From Adineta vaga (lineage: Eukaryota > Animalia > Rotifera), in NCBI GenBank assembly GCA_021613535.1, contig CP075496.1:2046001-2110000 (forward strand): a stretch of 64,000 nt of DNA. Direction: 5' to 3'. Within the stretch, counting starts at the first letter, position 1, and every line of letters begins with the position of its first letter. Below are positions 14,101-28,237 of this stretch, in pieces. The notes under the pieces are model-generated. The model had not been told where the DNA came from, searched no databases, and saw nothing but the letters and a program-made list of their open reading frames with translations. A program made the translations under genes and the position numbers.

Positions 14101-15151
14101 AACGACGATCACGATCAGCTAGACCATCTTCAGTAATACGTGTGATAACAACAGCTGATGAATCATTAATACATGGAGTATCAACACCCCCCGCAATAGA
14201 AAATCCCAAACCAATACCAGGCGGCTAATTGAATTTGAAAATTTTTACACATAGTTAAAAAAAAAGGAAATCTTGATAAATATTTACTCGATGTAGATCA
14301 ATTTCAATTTCTCTCCAATGATCATCATAATTAAATTGCAAAGAATCTCCCGTTGTCATATTTGGATGAGTTGTTAAATCGGGTGTATCTGTTATTCGTG
14401 TGAATGGTGTTGTTGTTTGTCGTGGACTTGCTTCTTTCCTAATCGTTGGTTGAGATAACGGATTATCGGTTGCAAGTGGCGCTATTGTTGTTGATTCTAT
14501 ATTTGTTGGCGTTCCATTCTAGAGACAAAAAAAAAGGTTAATTATCAAAGTAAATAGAAAAACAATAGGTACTCGAATATCTCGTTTAAGCATAGGTTGT
14601 CTTTCCCATTCTTCAGCTAGATGAAGTGTCGCTGTAATTTTAGCTAATCGATCACTTTGTTCATCAAGAAGTATTGATTCATAGAATTCTTGAATATCTA
14701 AATAAAAGAGAGAGAATATACATATTAGTTTGTTTCTTTTGTTCTCTTTTATAATTCTTTTTTTTTTACCTATAAGTGCTTGAAAAAGACGACTTTTGAA
14801 GATTTTGATAACTCTAAATGAAAAGAGAAAAATTAGAACGGAAATTTCACTGAATATTCTTGTTTTTCCACTTGAATAATCAAAAATAAAAGGTTAACGA
14901 AAGAAGAAAAAGACGTTTTCAAAATGATTCTTAATGATTTATTCAAAAATATATCGGAAAGAAAATTATTTACCTGTCAATGGCATTTTTCAATGGTTTA
15001 TCTTCTGGTGAATTGAGATGATTGTAATATTCTTCTAGTAATTCTAATGCTCGGTAAGCATCTAAATTGAACGAAGAAAAATCTTTGGATATATATATAT
15101 TTTCTTTTTTTCTTCATATTTTGAGAAATTACCTTGCTTTCGAACAGGCAT
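11142..15151 (-). CDS. dlg1: Discs large MAGUK (L27, 3 PDZ, SH3, HOOK, guanylate kinase)
   Basis: Starts MPVRKQ (DLG1/SAP97-type N-terminus). L27 ([18 protein letters not shown]), three PDZs ([21 protein letters not shown]), SH3 ([16 protein letters not shown]), GK ([16 protein letters not shown]). Ends WIPSKEKI*. Confidence 0.96.
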
Positions 15152-18100
15152 ATTGTCGAGCATAAAATGATGGTTTTACATCTAACCAAAAAAGTGGCTT
15201 CTTGGATGATGAAAAGAACGAAAAGAAAATTAAGCCTCATACAATATTTTGATGATTAAAGGACGAAGAAAGCAAAAAAAGAAATAGAGAGAAGAGAAAA
15301 AAAGAAAAAGAAAGAGTTTATTCTGTTTTATACGCGTTTTTAACCTTGAAATAATCGTTAAATGTCAAAAAAGAGGAATAAAATGAATGTAGAAGATCTT
15401 ATAGGGAAATATCTACACATCTATTAGTAAAGTCAATAAAAGAAGATAGAAAAGGACGAAGTTATTCGAAAAGATTTATTGTTAATAGAGAAAGAGAGAA
15501 AAACATGCAAACGACTATTATTTATATTTATTCTGTCCTTCGTCGATTTCTTTTTTCTTTACTTAAGATCTTCTGCTTTTTCATTGATCACTCCGGTAAC
15601 AAGATCATATCGAGGACAAGCGATCAAACGATGAAAAACGAGTGGCAGAAGACGAGTCTAACTACGACATAGAAAATAAATAAATCACTGGTATAAAAGC
15701 AAAAAAAAAGAAGAAGAAGAACAAGAACAAGAAATGGAAGAAAATAGAGGAAAAGAAGAGGAAAGAAACAGAACAGAACAGAACAAATCAGACATTTTGT
15801 ATAGGTGTACATATCCTTTTTTTTCGATATATCGTTGTACTTATTTGCATTTAATATGCTTAATTGATTAGTTTTTTCTTTTAAATGTCTCTTTTTCATA
15901 ATATATATATGTAATTTTCTTCGGAAAAATCATAGATGTCACTTGAAATCGAATAGAAAACCTTCTTTTTCACTCACATGGATTTTCCTGTTCAAAAAAG
16001 ATTTCGATGAACTATACAACGATTAAAATTGCTAAATTTTTCGTTCTTGAATACATAAAATTGTGAAGCACTATTATGTTAATTTTATTCAGTGATAAAA
16101 TCAATTATGTGTCAAACAGAATTTTGCAAACATTTTTTATGATCGAATTGGATACGATGAAAAATCGTTACAACTATATGTGGTTTTGTTTACGAAGACT
16201 ATATAGTCTCATTCTATATGCATTTCGATGGGATTTTTCTATTATTTAGTAAATCTTCATGCACATCATTTCTATATCGATAATCTTCTTCTTCTTCTTC
16301 TTTTTCCTGTTTAATACTCCAGTGATTTGAATAGAAGAAAAGCGCAATGATAATATCATTAATATTTTAAATGGATTATTATTCATTCACAAATTTGTTT
16401 CTTCGGAGACGATCAACAGTCTTATTAATAAAAGATGATTCAAGATGAAAATATCTTCATAAAATTCCACATATTAAAAGAACAATATGAAATGAAATCC
16501 ATTAAGATTAGTTGAAAGAAATGCTTCATCAACGAGTATTTTGATTAACATATTGAAACAAACTACAAGGTTTTCTCTGAATAAGAGAGCGTGGGTGGTT
16601 GTGAGCAAGGATAGAATACGCGCAAGTTCGCATCCATCCATCCACTCCCGAATAGATATCAAACAATTACTAGATAGTTCATAAAATTTGTAAACTTCAT
16701 GTTTCTTAGTTGAATTGAATTGTGTCATCAAAAAGTATTGTAAAATCGTAAATTTTTTGAATAATTTACTCTGCAAATCGGATTGTTAAGTTAGGCGACT
16801 GCATGAGAATTACTTTTATGGAGAACTCGGAAATTTCTTTTATTAAATCTAAAAGTTATTGTGACATCTTTACCCGTGGGCATCGTCTCTACGAACTGAC
16901 AATCTTTGAAAACATTCAACGGATGTATAGGAAGGATAATCTTCCTTTTCTATTAAACAAGTTGAAAACAGTTTGCAGTATGAAAAGAGAATTTTATCTT
17001 CTTATTCAAGTTTGACTATTCAACTCGTATTATTCATTTAGACTGGCAAAACCAGAGAAACAAGTTGTTTCTGAATGATCAGTTGAATCTTCAAACTTTT
17101 ATTTCCTATCATAGATTATTTCCAATCAGGTTAAGCCTAACTGACAGATGAAAACTGAAAAGAATCCTTTTTCTCTCGATCAGAATTTAATATTATTAAA
17201 GTATCAAAAACAAATCACTCATTATCATTAATCTGAGAAAATAAGTCTTGTACATCATCTATCTGTCAATAAATAGATTTTAAAAAGTTAATATTGAATT
17301 CATTCATTATGTTTTTTTCAAATCATCTCATATATAATAAACATTACAAAATTAGAGTTTCATAATCTAAACTAAGCTGCTTTGTCAAGTCACGATTTGA
17401 AAAATTCATTATAATTTTGAGTACTTTTTTTTAGAAATCTCTCGTTTCATTTCCTTCATAGAGCAAAGTCAACCAATATTTTTACTCATCTGAATAATAT
17501 TTTGAAGAACATTCTTGACAAAATCTTTTCAAATAAGTGAATATTTAATCAAAAATGGTCTATTCTAATTTCTCTAGCAAAGCAAAAGAATCTCGACATG
17601 CAAATTGTCTTTTCGTCAATACTTGTATATTTTCGTGATTTACATCAGCAGAAGGCAAATGTCTTGATAAGATCTTTTAGATTGATGAAGGTACTTGCTA
17701 TACACTCTCACAGATTCGTAGCATAATATCGTATAGGAAAAACTAAATATCCTTTTCAGAATATATTTTATCAAAAACTTTTTCTTCTAGAATTCTCACC
17801 AATGTACTTAGAAATATGAAAAACGACTGAAAAAGAGAGAGAGAGCTTCTAATCAGATATAATCCTTTCTTTTGCATATCTATATTGTCTACGTATTCTT
17901 TACCAGTTTGTTATTATTGTATTCACACTGAATTATTTATTTTCTTTAGTAATAAGTTTTTTTCTTATTTGTCAATAGAAATACGTTCTTCGATATGTTT
18001 CTTTTACGAGAAAATGTTTCTTGTTGTACTTATCAATCGTGAGATTTTTCTATGATTGAAGAATAATAACGATATGTCAGAGTACAAAATTTCAAACTAT

Positions 18101-19296
18101 TCTGACAGAATTGTGTCACACAAAGCGTAAGTTAAATTCTAAGTTGCGAATGAATAGAAAGAAGTGTTACTTAACTATCATGTATGTGTTGGATTAACTA
18201 TAATCTTTCGCAAGACAAAGGAAAGCTTTTTATATTTTCTAAATGATTGTCAGATTATTAACAACGATTTAAATGTTTATCTAAAGATTATAGTGAAACG
18301 ATCATAGCACGAAACTCTTAACTTTTGCTTCTAATATGTTGAATAGAAAAATAAGAATGAAGAGGCCAACTTCTTTTTATTTATTGTTAAATGTATGCAT
18401 GATAATATGTCATACTTCTGTTAGAAAGAAAAACATTGGTCTAAATCGTCAATTGCCCATTTCATTTGGAAAGAGTTTTATTCACTTAAAATTTTCAAAA
18501 CATACATCAATGTTTCTTCTTTTCTTTCTCTTTCTTCGTTTCCGCATAGTCATTTTTAACTGACGAGAAAATTTAGCTAAGTATAACACTCGATTTGAAT
18601 TCAGAGTGTAAATAAACATCTATAGATGATTCCTGTCATGAGAACTTTTTCCCATGTGTTACGTATGTGAAAATCGAAACCTGAAGTTGTAATCTATAAC
18701 CATATCTAATATTAAATTCTGAAACCTTTCACCTCAAAGCAGACGTGTCGTTGTGAAGATATCAGATAATCAAAAGAAATAGTTTTTTTTTGTAGAACTT
18801 GTGAGAAAAAAAAGAATGAGTTCATTTCTACTAACTTGGTTCTAAGAAGAGAAATGTCAGATTAAGAGAAAATTTGCAGATGTAAAGAAGTGTATGACCT
18901 TTCATTAGACATCTTTCGATTTCCGTCACTATAATATAAGAGTTGGTTAAAAACTGAGTGAGATATCTATAATTCGTAAGGAAAGGTCTAATTGAAGGCA
19001 AGCTTTTCTCTAGATTATGAGCTTCAAATGGATAGTAACATTTAGTGAGATTTTCTTCATCAACTCGAAATTCCATTGATAACTTACTGGTAATTTCCAT
19101 AACTAAATATAGATTATTCTCTTTTCTTTATTTCGATGTGTGTTATATTGTATGTAAATGATTATATTTATCGATTTGTTTTTGTCTGAACGAGAGAAGA
19201 ATTGCAAAAGGAATTCATTTTCTCGATTGATGAACATTTTATTCGAAATATCATTTTCTTTTGCTCGGAAGATTCTTTGTCTTCTAGTCAACCATC

Positions 19297-20344
19297 ATGT
19301 CTTGTATTAGTACACAAAATTCCAATACTACATTGACTTCTATGATTAATTATCTTCAATTCATTAAAGAAGAATATCTTATATATTTACCATTAATATT
19401 TATTATCTTTGGTTTAATTGGTTTCCTTGGTAATGCATTTACATTTCTTCAATCGACACTTCGATATAATAGTTGTTGTATTTATTTACTTTGTGAATCA
19501 TTCATTGATATAACAAATCTATTAATTAATTTATCTTCTATATATCGAAATGGATCATCGGAAAATCTCCTTCCGAAAATTGTCAATCGTTATCATTGCA
19601 AATTGAAATTATTTAGTTTAGTCTTTTTACCACAATTATCCATCAATTTTCTTATCTTATCTGTGATTGATCGTTATGCATGTACATGTTCAATGACATC
19701 ATCTATCAGATATATTCGACGATTATCAACAATACCATGGATTATATTTTGTACTACAATTTTAACGAGTTTAATGTCATTATATTCTCCAGTATTTTAT
19801 GATGTTAAACCAGGTGAAGGATGTACATGTACAGATCCATTTCTAAATGGAATTTTATATATAATTATTCATGGATTTTTAACTCCATGTATATTATTAT
19901 TGTATGTATTACTTACCTATCGAAATGTAATTAATAGTCGTCATCGAGCAGTAAGTTAAAGAAAATTTGTTTCAATTTTGTCTGATTGTTTTTGTTATAT
20001 AGAATTTAACAAATAGAGATCGATCAAGAAATCCATTTGTTCAAATGATTTTTACTCAAGTATTAACAACAAGTTTTTTAACATTACAATGGATTATTTT
20101 CTATATTTATCATATTTTTACTATACATAAAATGAAGAGTTGTGAACAACGAACTCTTCATTTTTTTCTTTGGTTTATTAGTAATAGTATTTATTATTTA
20201 ATCAATGTGAAATCATTTTATTTATCAACATTAACATCTCGATTATTTCGAAAGACTTTGATTGAATCAATTCATCGATTATTACCTATTTGTCAATCAC
20301 GAACAAAAAACTCCATAAATTTTAATGAAATATCGAAAAAATGA
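19297..20344 (+). CDS. Orphan class A (rhodopsin-like) GPCR, 2 exons
   Basis: Seven hydrophobic segments, GN in TM1, TM2 Asp, Cys at the top of TM3, DRY motif. One short intron at ~19951-20002. TM7 reads KSFYLST instead of NPxxY. Confidence 0.85.
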
Positions 20345-21235
20345 AAATCATAATGTGATATATATATATATAAACCATTTCATTGTTAAAGAATATTTTA
20401 GAAAATAAAAATGAATATAATTCACTGGAAATTGTTTTAAGAAAGAATTAATATAGAAGTGAGAATCTTTTCAAGATATACGATGCGGAACAATATGTAA
20501 AAATCATTTCATTCGAGTGCTTTTCAAAATAACTAGATTTCTTTTCTAAATATACTGAATAACGCCTCATTATTTTCATTCTTAATGCACATTAACAGAT
20601 ATTATTGAGCAAAAAAACGTTGGTTTTAGACCTGTTTTTACATTTTACACTTGAAATGAATATTTTCTGTTCGTCATTGAAATATTAAAACTTAAGTGTT
20701 CAGAATTAGTTGTTTCTTTCGTTTAGCTTCATTAAAACTATGGCAGGCGTGTTAATTTTTCTCATCTTGATAAGATGAACAGCAACGCGAACTGTTGTAT
20801 CTGATGAAAATGTCACATTGATTGAGATGTTCCATGCATACAGTATATAGCTAGTCTAAACGAATCAAATAGAAAACAAGATTTTCCAGACACCACACAG
20901 TAGTCGTATAAGAAAGTAAAAAGAATATTGTGTTATTCAAGTTACTTATCAGCAAATGCATAGTATGACATAAAACGTTCTCTTCATTTTCACGAATTAA
21001 TTGTCTGGTTTTCATAAGAAAAGTTCAAATGTTTTGTCGTTATTTTCTCTCATAGAATTCACTAACTAGTCATGATCTGTTCAATTGTCTTGCTGTGACG
21101 AAATGTTCATCAAATATCGATTGAAAGCAGTGTATTGATTAAAAAGAGATAACGTGTGTATGAATTCGTCTATTATCTTAAGGATTTTATTTCCAATATT
21201 GATTGAATTACTTTTTTTTTAAAAGAAAGATAGTT

Positions 21236-22956
21236 TTAGTTTATTGGATGTGTTGAAATAAGATTTTTCCATTCATTTGTTTTTGTTTGAATATGTTTGT
21301 CGAGTTCATTAGCCAGATCATTTACTTTTGGTCGAAAATCGTCGTTTTGTCGATGAATATAATCAAGAAATGAATTGATTGTTGAATTACTAAACAAAAA
21401 TTTCTGTAGAAAAAAAAGCCAACAGATTTCTATAATTCTTACTTATTTGAATATTCATTTTCAATTTGTTTCATTCGTTCAACTAAATTTGGAATATTAA
21501 ATTCAAGATCGATTTCCTTTTGTTTTTCTTGTTGATTATTATTTGGTAAGGATGATTTGGAATTTTCAATAATTATTTGAATATAATTTAATATTTTCTT
21601 CATTTGTTCACTTGTTTGTTCAATTAATGATAAACGATGAGTAAGTAAATTCTCGATTAATCCACAAAAATGTCCATGTTGATTGAGACTATCAAGAATG
21701 ATTTGTTGTTTCAATGCTAAACGATGATCATTTGTATATTGTTTTTCCAGAATATTCAAATAAATTTTTTCAAGTAATTGTTCATGACGTGATGAATAAA
21801 TAGTAATCAATTGATTTTCATATTGTGCACGTTGTTGATGATGAAGTTGAGATTTTGAACCAAGACGATCAGCTAATTTCCTTTGCGAAAAGAAAGAAAA
21901 CATTCGTAAACTTTATTCAATAGAACGAACTTACTTCAGATCATCGATTGGTGTTGAATCAAAATATTTCTTCAATTGTGTACATAATTGTAATTGAGAT
22001 TTTAGAGTTTCAAATTCAACACTTGCTAAAGCTGATTCAACTTCTAATCGAACAAGTCTTTTCGAAGAGAAAAAGAAGATATTGTTAGATGAATGATAAA
22101 ACATACTTCACAGTTCGATTGTTTAATTGGGAAATTAAATCATTATTGGGATTTTGTTCATAAGGATTTTCATCTGTCTAAAATTGAGTTATTTTCTTTT
22201 TCAAATGAAATTTAGTAATGTATATCGTTTTTACCCAAATAGTTTGAAGAATAGATAAATAATTCTTTTCCATTTGCAGAAAATTCATTCCAGTTTGTTG
22301 AAAATTAGTTGAATTCGTTGTTAATTGAAGAAGATTTTGTGGTGATGACTAAATTATTGAAATCAACTAACGAAAGAGGAAAGATGTTCTCATCTTACAA
22401 GTTGTAATAATTGTTCCATTTGTCGACGAGTTTCACGAATCTTTTCTTTACCTTTCGGTCCTTTCATTAATAAAGTTTTATATTGTTGTTGTTTCCAATT
22501 CAATTGACATTTCAATGCTTGACTTTGTGTTTTCATACATGTATATTGTTCATTTAAATTTCGTTGATAATTCGTCCATGGAATAACCATTTTTCTAAAT
22601 TAATAAACAAACTTATCAGTCAATTTACACATCTTAATTTACCCATTATCCAATGAAATGAGAATATCAAGAAGTTTTTGTCGTTCGTCTTTATTTTCGA
22701 TGACTTCATTTGTTAATAAAGCATATCTAAACAATCGAATAGAAAAGAAAAGAAAGATTTGTTAACTAACAAACCGATTTAATTCATCTTCAGTTAAGAA
22801 ATTCTCTTCCGATAAATTATTAACAATCCAAGTAAGAAATGGTTCAAGACCAGGTTGATAAACAAACCAATCGAAATTATATGGTTCATATTGATTTATG
22901 CCTGGATAATGAATTCGTTTTAAAAGATTATGAAATCCTATACCAAAATTTGACAT
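21236..22956 (-). CDS. HAUS3: HAUS augmin-like complex subunit 3-like
   Basis: N-terminus MSNFGIGFHNLLKRIHYP..FDWF..PFLTWIVNNLSEENFLTEDEL matches the HAUS3 N-terminal pattern (LKKIGYP..FDWL..FLKWF..NVLSE) as recalled. Followed by coiled-coil exons, ~450 aa total. Confidence 0.75.
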
Positions 22957-23714
22957 GATTCTTTCTTTCTAATGAAAGATATCTATCTTCTCTTTTCGTT
23001 TTCGACGAAACATACGTCCATTGTTCAATTGTATTCACATTTACCGAATCTTTTCATCAGTTTTTTTTATATCTACATAAAATTTTCACTTATAATTAAT
23101 AATAAACCGAAAAGAATCTTTGGCAATAGTTTTTTTTCGTTTGACCTTATGTGGATGTCGCTATGTATCATAAGATAGTATTATTCAATATCTGTATTTT
23201 GTCTAATAATCGATCGAAACAGTCGTCAGTATGAAACTGTTTTTTCCTTCTCTCGGTCTGCAGGTGATTAATGAAAAAATATGTTTCCTACGCTTGTTCT
23301 ACGTTAGTATCAACCTACACAATTTATTTTTCGTTCTATCAATATGAAAATATATGATGAGTGAGTGAATGTAACGTTTATAATGATCGGTGAATGTTTA
23401 GTCTGACATATCTCTGTTTTCTTGCAAAGACTTGATATGAATTTGGAATCAATCGAGAATTTACATTTACAACGATTGATATAAAGAGGAAAACCACGTT
23501 GGCCAACGAATGAAAAACATATTTATGAAAGAAAAAACGAAAAAAAAAGCAAGATGACTTGTCATCGTTACGCTTGGGTGAAACACAAAATCGGTATGTA
23601 TTTATACAATATAATTTGGTGTTTACTTTACTGTTTAGACTGTAATGTAGAATATAAAATATGGAAAAGAAAACATGTTGTTTATTAACAAATATCATTC
23701 GTATTCTTTTTTAG

Positions 23715-26659
23715 ATGTATAAAAATGTAATAACAAAAAGAGTTTTCCAGTTCTTTTTCATAATTTTCTTGTTGAATATTATCAACACCAATGGATCGGT
23801 TGAAATAAGCGATGATGAAGAATATATTGACATCGGTGTTCGTTTAACCGATGAGAATAGTGATCAACTTATAGCTGATTTAATTGCTCAAGAAAGAAAT
23901 ATTCTTAGTGCGGGTCATGTAAGTAAACGATTTTGTTGATAGGAATAAAGAAAGAAATTTGAAAATTGAATAGATTCCTGGTGTTGATTTATATCATTTT
24001 CAAATTCGACGAAAACGTAGTCATCGATCAAAACGTGAAATCAATCAATTAGTTGAGGAACTTAAAGAAGATGAACGAGTAAAATTGAATTTTAGTCAAT
24101 GAATAATGATGAATCAATTTGATATAAATTTAGGTTGAATATGTTACTGTGGGTAAAGAATTACAACGAGAAAAACGTGATTACTTTCCCGAAGATAAAA
24201 TGATTGATCTTTTTAAAAAATATCAACAAAAACAACAAAAAACTCGAGCATTTTATGAATATGAAAAGCTCGGAGAATCAAGTTTCAAAATTTCATTTGA
24301 TGATGAATTATTTCGAAAACAATGGTATTTAGTAAGTTAATTTCTTTTTTCAAAATAAAAAACATCAACTAAATTATCGATCATTTAAGGAAAATGAAGG
24401 GCAATTCAAATCTCCTGCATCTCATGATATGAACGTTGCTCCAGTTTGGATAGCCGGTTATTCTGGTAAAAACATAGTTATTTGTATCGTTGATGATGGC
24501 CTTGATCATCCACATCCTGAATTAGTTGATCGTTATGTAAGTAATCGATACACGAAAACAAAACCGTAGAAAATAGATCGAAATTTCATTGTATGATTAG
24601 CGACCTGATCTGAGTTATGATTTAAATGATCTTGATGATCCGAATCATGATCCACTTCCGAGAACATATGATAACCAAAATAAGTAAGATTAATATGCTG
24701 AAATAAGATCTATTACTTTTAACAAATATCACTAATTCGTATAATATATTGTATGCATTCTTTTTGCTTGAATTTCTTATTTATAATTGAGTTTAGTCAA
24801 TAATCAAATTGTTGGTTCTTTTTTATTCTAGCCATGGTACTGAATGTGCAGGAACAGCTGCTGCTAAAGCAAATAATGAATTATGTGGAGTTGGTGTAGC
24901 TTATAATGCAGATATAGCTGGTATGAGTAGAGAAAAAAGATTTGTTTGAAAATGATAAATGATGTTTTCTCATAGGTATTCGAATTCTTGACGGACGAAT
25001 TACAACATTATTGGAAGCTCGTGCTTTAACACTATTTGCTGCAGATACACATATTAAAAGTGCTTCATGGGGGTAAGATTTTATCAGTCAACTAGGTAGG
25101 AAAATCTTTCCTTTGTCTGTTTTAGACCAACTGATGATGGTACTAAAATGGAAGCACCTGGTGTCTTTGCCAATGCTGCATTGGATTATGGTGTCACGCA
25201 TGTAATTATTTTCCTTAATGAAAAAGAATTCAAATAACTATTGATTTCATATTTCAGGGACGTCATGGAAAAGGTACTCTATATATTTGGGCATCGGGTA
25301 ATGGTGGTGCTCATGATGATGATTGCGGTGCAGATGGTTACGTATCACATCATAATGTTATTTCAATCAGTTCTATTAATCATTTGGGTGAAACACCCTA
25401 CTTTATTGAGAAATGTCCATCCACATTAGCTGTTGCTTATACTGGTGGTATGCATTCACATAGTGGCAGAGAACATTCATTCCCAGTAGGTGTAATTGCA
25501 TCAGATGTTGGTGGAAAATGTACCTCAAATTTTGCTGGTACATCAAGTGCTGCACCCATTGCTGCTGGTGCATTTGCTATATTATTAGAAGCTAATCCTG
25601 ATTTAACTTATCGTGATGTAATGCATATTGTTACTGAAACAGCTCGAATTCCAACTTTATCAGAAGCAGATGACTGGATTATCAATGGAGCTGGTCATCA
25701 TGTTAGTGACAAGTTTGGTTTCGGTGTACTTGATGTTGCACAAATGGTTGCTTTGGCACAAAATTGGACAAATGTACCACCAAGAGATGAATGTTATCAA
25801 GAATATACTGGCGGTTCGGTGTAAGATTAAAATTGTTTTCTAATCATCTGTTGTCATCTTAGTTTTCATTCGTATAGTAAATTACTTATTGATGGAAAGA
25901 TTGAAATACCGATACATATTAAACAATGTTCGAAAATCAACAGAATTGAACATGTAGTTGCTAACATTTCATTTAGTTATCATTTTCGTGGTAATGTGCA
26001 AATTACAATTATATCACCAAGTGGAACAGCATCAGAATTACTTTCCTATCGTAAAAATGATGCATCTGACAAAGGTCTTGATTGAAAAAAAAAGAAAATA
26101 TTTGATTTTTTTAGTCGTATATTTTTATTTAGGTATTCAATATTTCCCATTTTTGACAACTCATAGTTGGAATGAAGATCCGATTGGTGAATGGATTTTA
26201 CGTATGGAAACTCGTTCATCTCAGAAAGGTATGTCAAAAAAATCAGCTACAGAACAGATTGATGAAGGTGAATTAAAACATTTTGGTATACGTATATTTG
26301 GTTCATACAATACAAAAGATGTTGAACAAGAAAAACGCTATGCAAAACGTGCATTTATTCCAACAAAACGTGAAATTGAATTGATATATAACCGCGAATT
26401 TGCTGCACGAAATTCTCCAAATGTTATTGAAAAACGTTATTACCAAAGTTTAATCAATGAAAAACGAGTGAAAGCAGAAAAAGCATCTGCTGCTGTTGTA
26501 ACAAATGCACCAGCCGATGATAAATCACCTTCAGGAATCATTCATAAAGTCATTGGTTATATACGCACAGGAATTGGATATGCTCATGTTGCTATCTCAT
26601 ATATTCGTGCCATCTATGATAAGATTCGAGATTTCTTCAGCTCGAAAAAAGCGACATAA
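23715..26659 (+). CDS. Subtilisin/kexin-type proprotein convertase (S8B) with prodomain and P domain, no Cys-rich or TM region
   Basis: Signal peptide; prodomain ending LQREKR; catalytic Asp (IVDDG), His (HGTECAG), Ser (GTSSAAP); oxyanion Asn (WASGNGG); SWGPTDDG; [11 protein letters not shown]; P domain IEHV..RGNV..SPSGT. Confidence 0.95.
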
Positions 26660-26972
26660 TACATCGAGTTTTTCTTCCTTATGAAAAAATGTGCTTTCAA
26701 TATTTTCTTAAACGTAGTTTTTCCTCTTCACTTTCTTATATTTTCTTACTAATAGAATTCTACTAATCAATTAAATAAATCCTTTTCATTCTCGGTGATG
26801 TGATTAATAAATAATCTAATAATTACGTCTTTTAATTATAGATCATTTGATAATGAGATATGTGCAATTCTTCCTTATTGCATGTTCATTCATTTTCTAT
26901 TTCAAAAAAAAAACAAGGAGGAAAAATAGATTTTCAAATATAAGTCTGTGATGACATGTGAGTCGATATTCT

Positions 26973-27969
26973 TTATTCGATAATAATTATATCATCTGCA
27001 GAAGATGAAGAATCGATTTGAGTTAGTTTTGGTTTATATGGATTGATTTCCATTAATTTATCCGCTAGCCATAACTTGAATAAAGGAAAGAAGAAGAAGA
27101 AGAAGAAAATGAGTTTTCGATTATCATATTCGAACTTACAACTGGATCTTTTGGTTTTTCTTTACATAAAGCTGTTAATGCTTTCATTAATGTTTTATTA
27201 ACATTTTGTTCAAGATAATCTTTAGCTGGTTGTCCAACTGGAATAGGTTCGACAATACCTAGAAAAATAAAAAGCTCTTTTCAAAGAAAAGTTGCCATCG
27301 AAAACAATTTTTACTTACAATTTGGAAAGAAAAAGCGAATCTCTCGTTCAGCACTTACTGCGCTATCACTACCATGCACTGCATTCTTCTGTTCATTTGT
27401 TCCGTACAATGCTCGAATACTATTTGATTCGGGAAAAGAAAATGAGAACTAGATTAGACCAAATCTTCAGTTCTTATTTACCTTTCTGGATGGGTTTCTT
27501 TTGCGACACTTGAATTTGTTGGTCCAATTAATTCTCTCCATTGTTGAATAGCATTGTCTTTTGCTAAAACCATAGCAACAATTGGGCCACTTGTCATAAA
27601 GGCAACGAGACTTGGAAAAAACTTCTTTCCATAATGTTCACTGTAGAAATCTGAACATTGTTCAGCTGTTAAAATTACACGTCGTTTCTAAATGGAATCG
27701 ACCGCATTAGAGAAGAAATGTTGCTTATTAAAATAACAAACTTGTAGAACAGTAAAACCTTGATTGAGAAGAATGGTTTCGATATCATTTGCTTTATTAA
27801 CTGCATCTGGCTTAACTAATGCAAGTGTACGTTCAACAAATATGCCACTTTTATTGAAACCTAATGCAGAACTATGATCACTTCGCGTTGTATCTTCTAA
27901 AGTATGCTGTTGAGGAGATTGTCGATGTTCATTTTCTCCATTGAAACTATTTTTTGAATGTGCTTCCAT
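26973..27969 (-). CDS. NME5: Nucleoside diphosphate kinase homolog 5 (NDK + Dpy-30 domain; ciliary)
   Basis: ERTLALVKPDA, FYSEHYGKKFF, FMTSGP, KNAVHGSDS (phospho-His), then a Dpy-30-like LMKALTALCKEKPKDP..WLADKL. Confidence 0.9.
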
Positions 27970-28237
27970 TCGAATTCAATCTAATAAAGAGTTTCTTACG
28001 CTATTCTTCTTTCTTGAAATTGTTAAAATATTATCAACAAGATGAAAAGTTTCGATCTTCATCAAGCATGTTGCTATAGTTAAACCTCTGAGTAAAACAT
28101 TTGATTCAGTAGATGTCACTATAAACTATTAAATGATTGGTAGAGTTGATTTACCAGCAAAAGAATACTTTCCTTTCCTGAAATAAATCTATTATCTCTT
28201 TTTTTTCTTGGGTTGCGTAATAGTTAATACACAAACA

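Noticed and set aside
16784-17147. Short imperfect inverted repeat (AGTTAGGC / GCCTAACT) in the 4-kb intergenic region, possible MITE
   Set aside because: Only 8 perfect bp, with no target-site duplication or transposase-like ORF.
15152-19296. Short ORFs in the long intergenic region between dlg and the GPCR
   Set aside because: Low-complexity F/L/K/I translations with no motifs or coherent exon chain.
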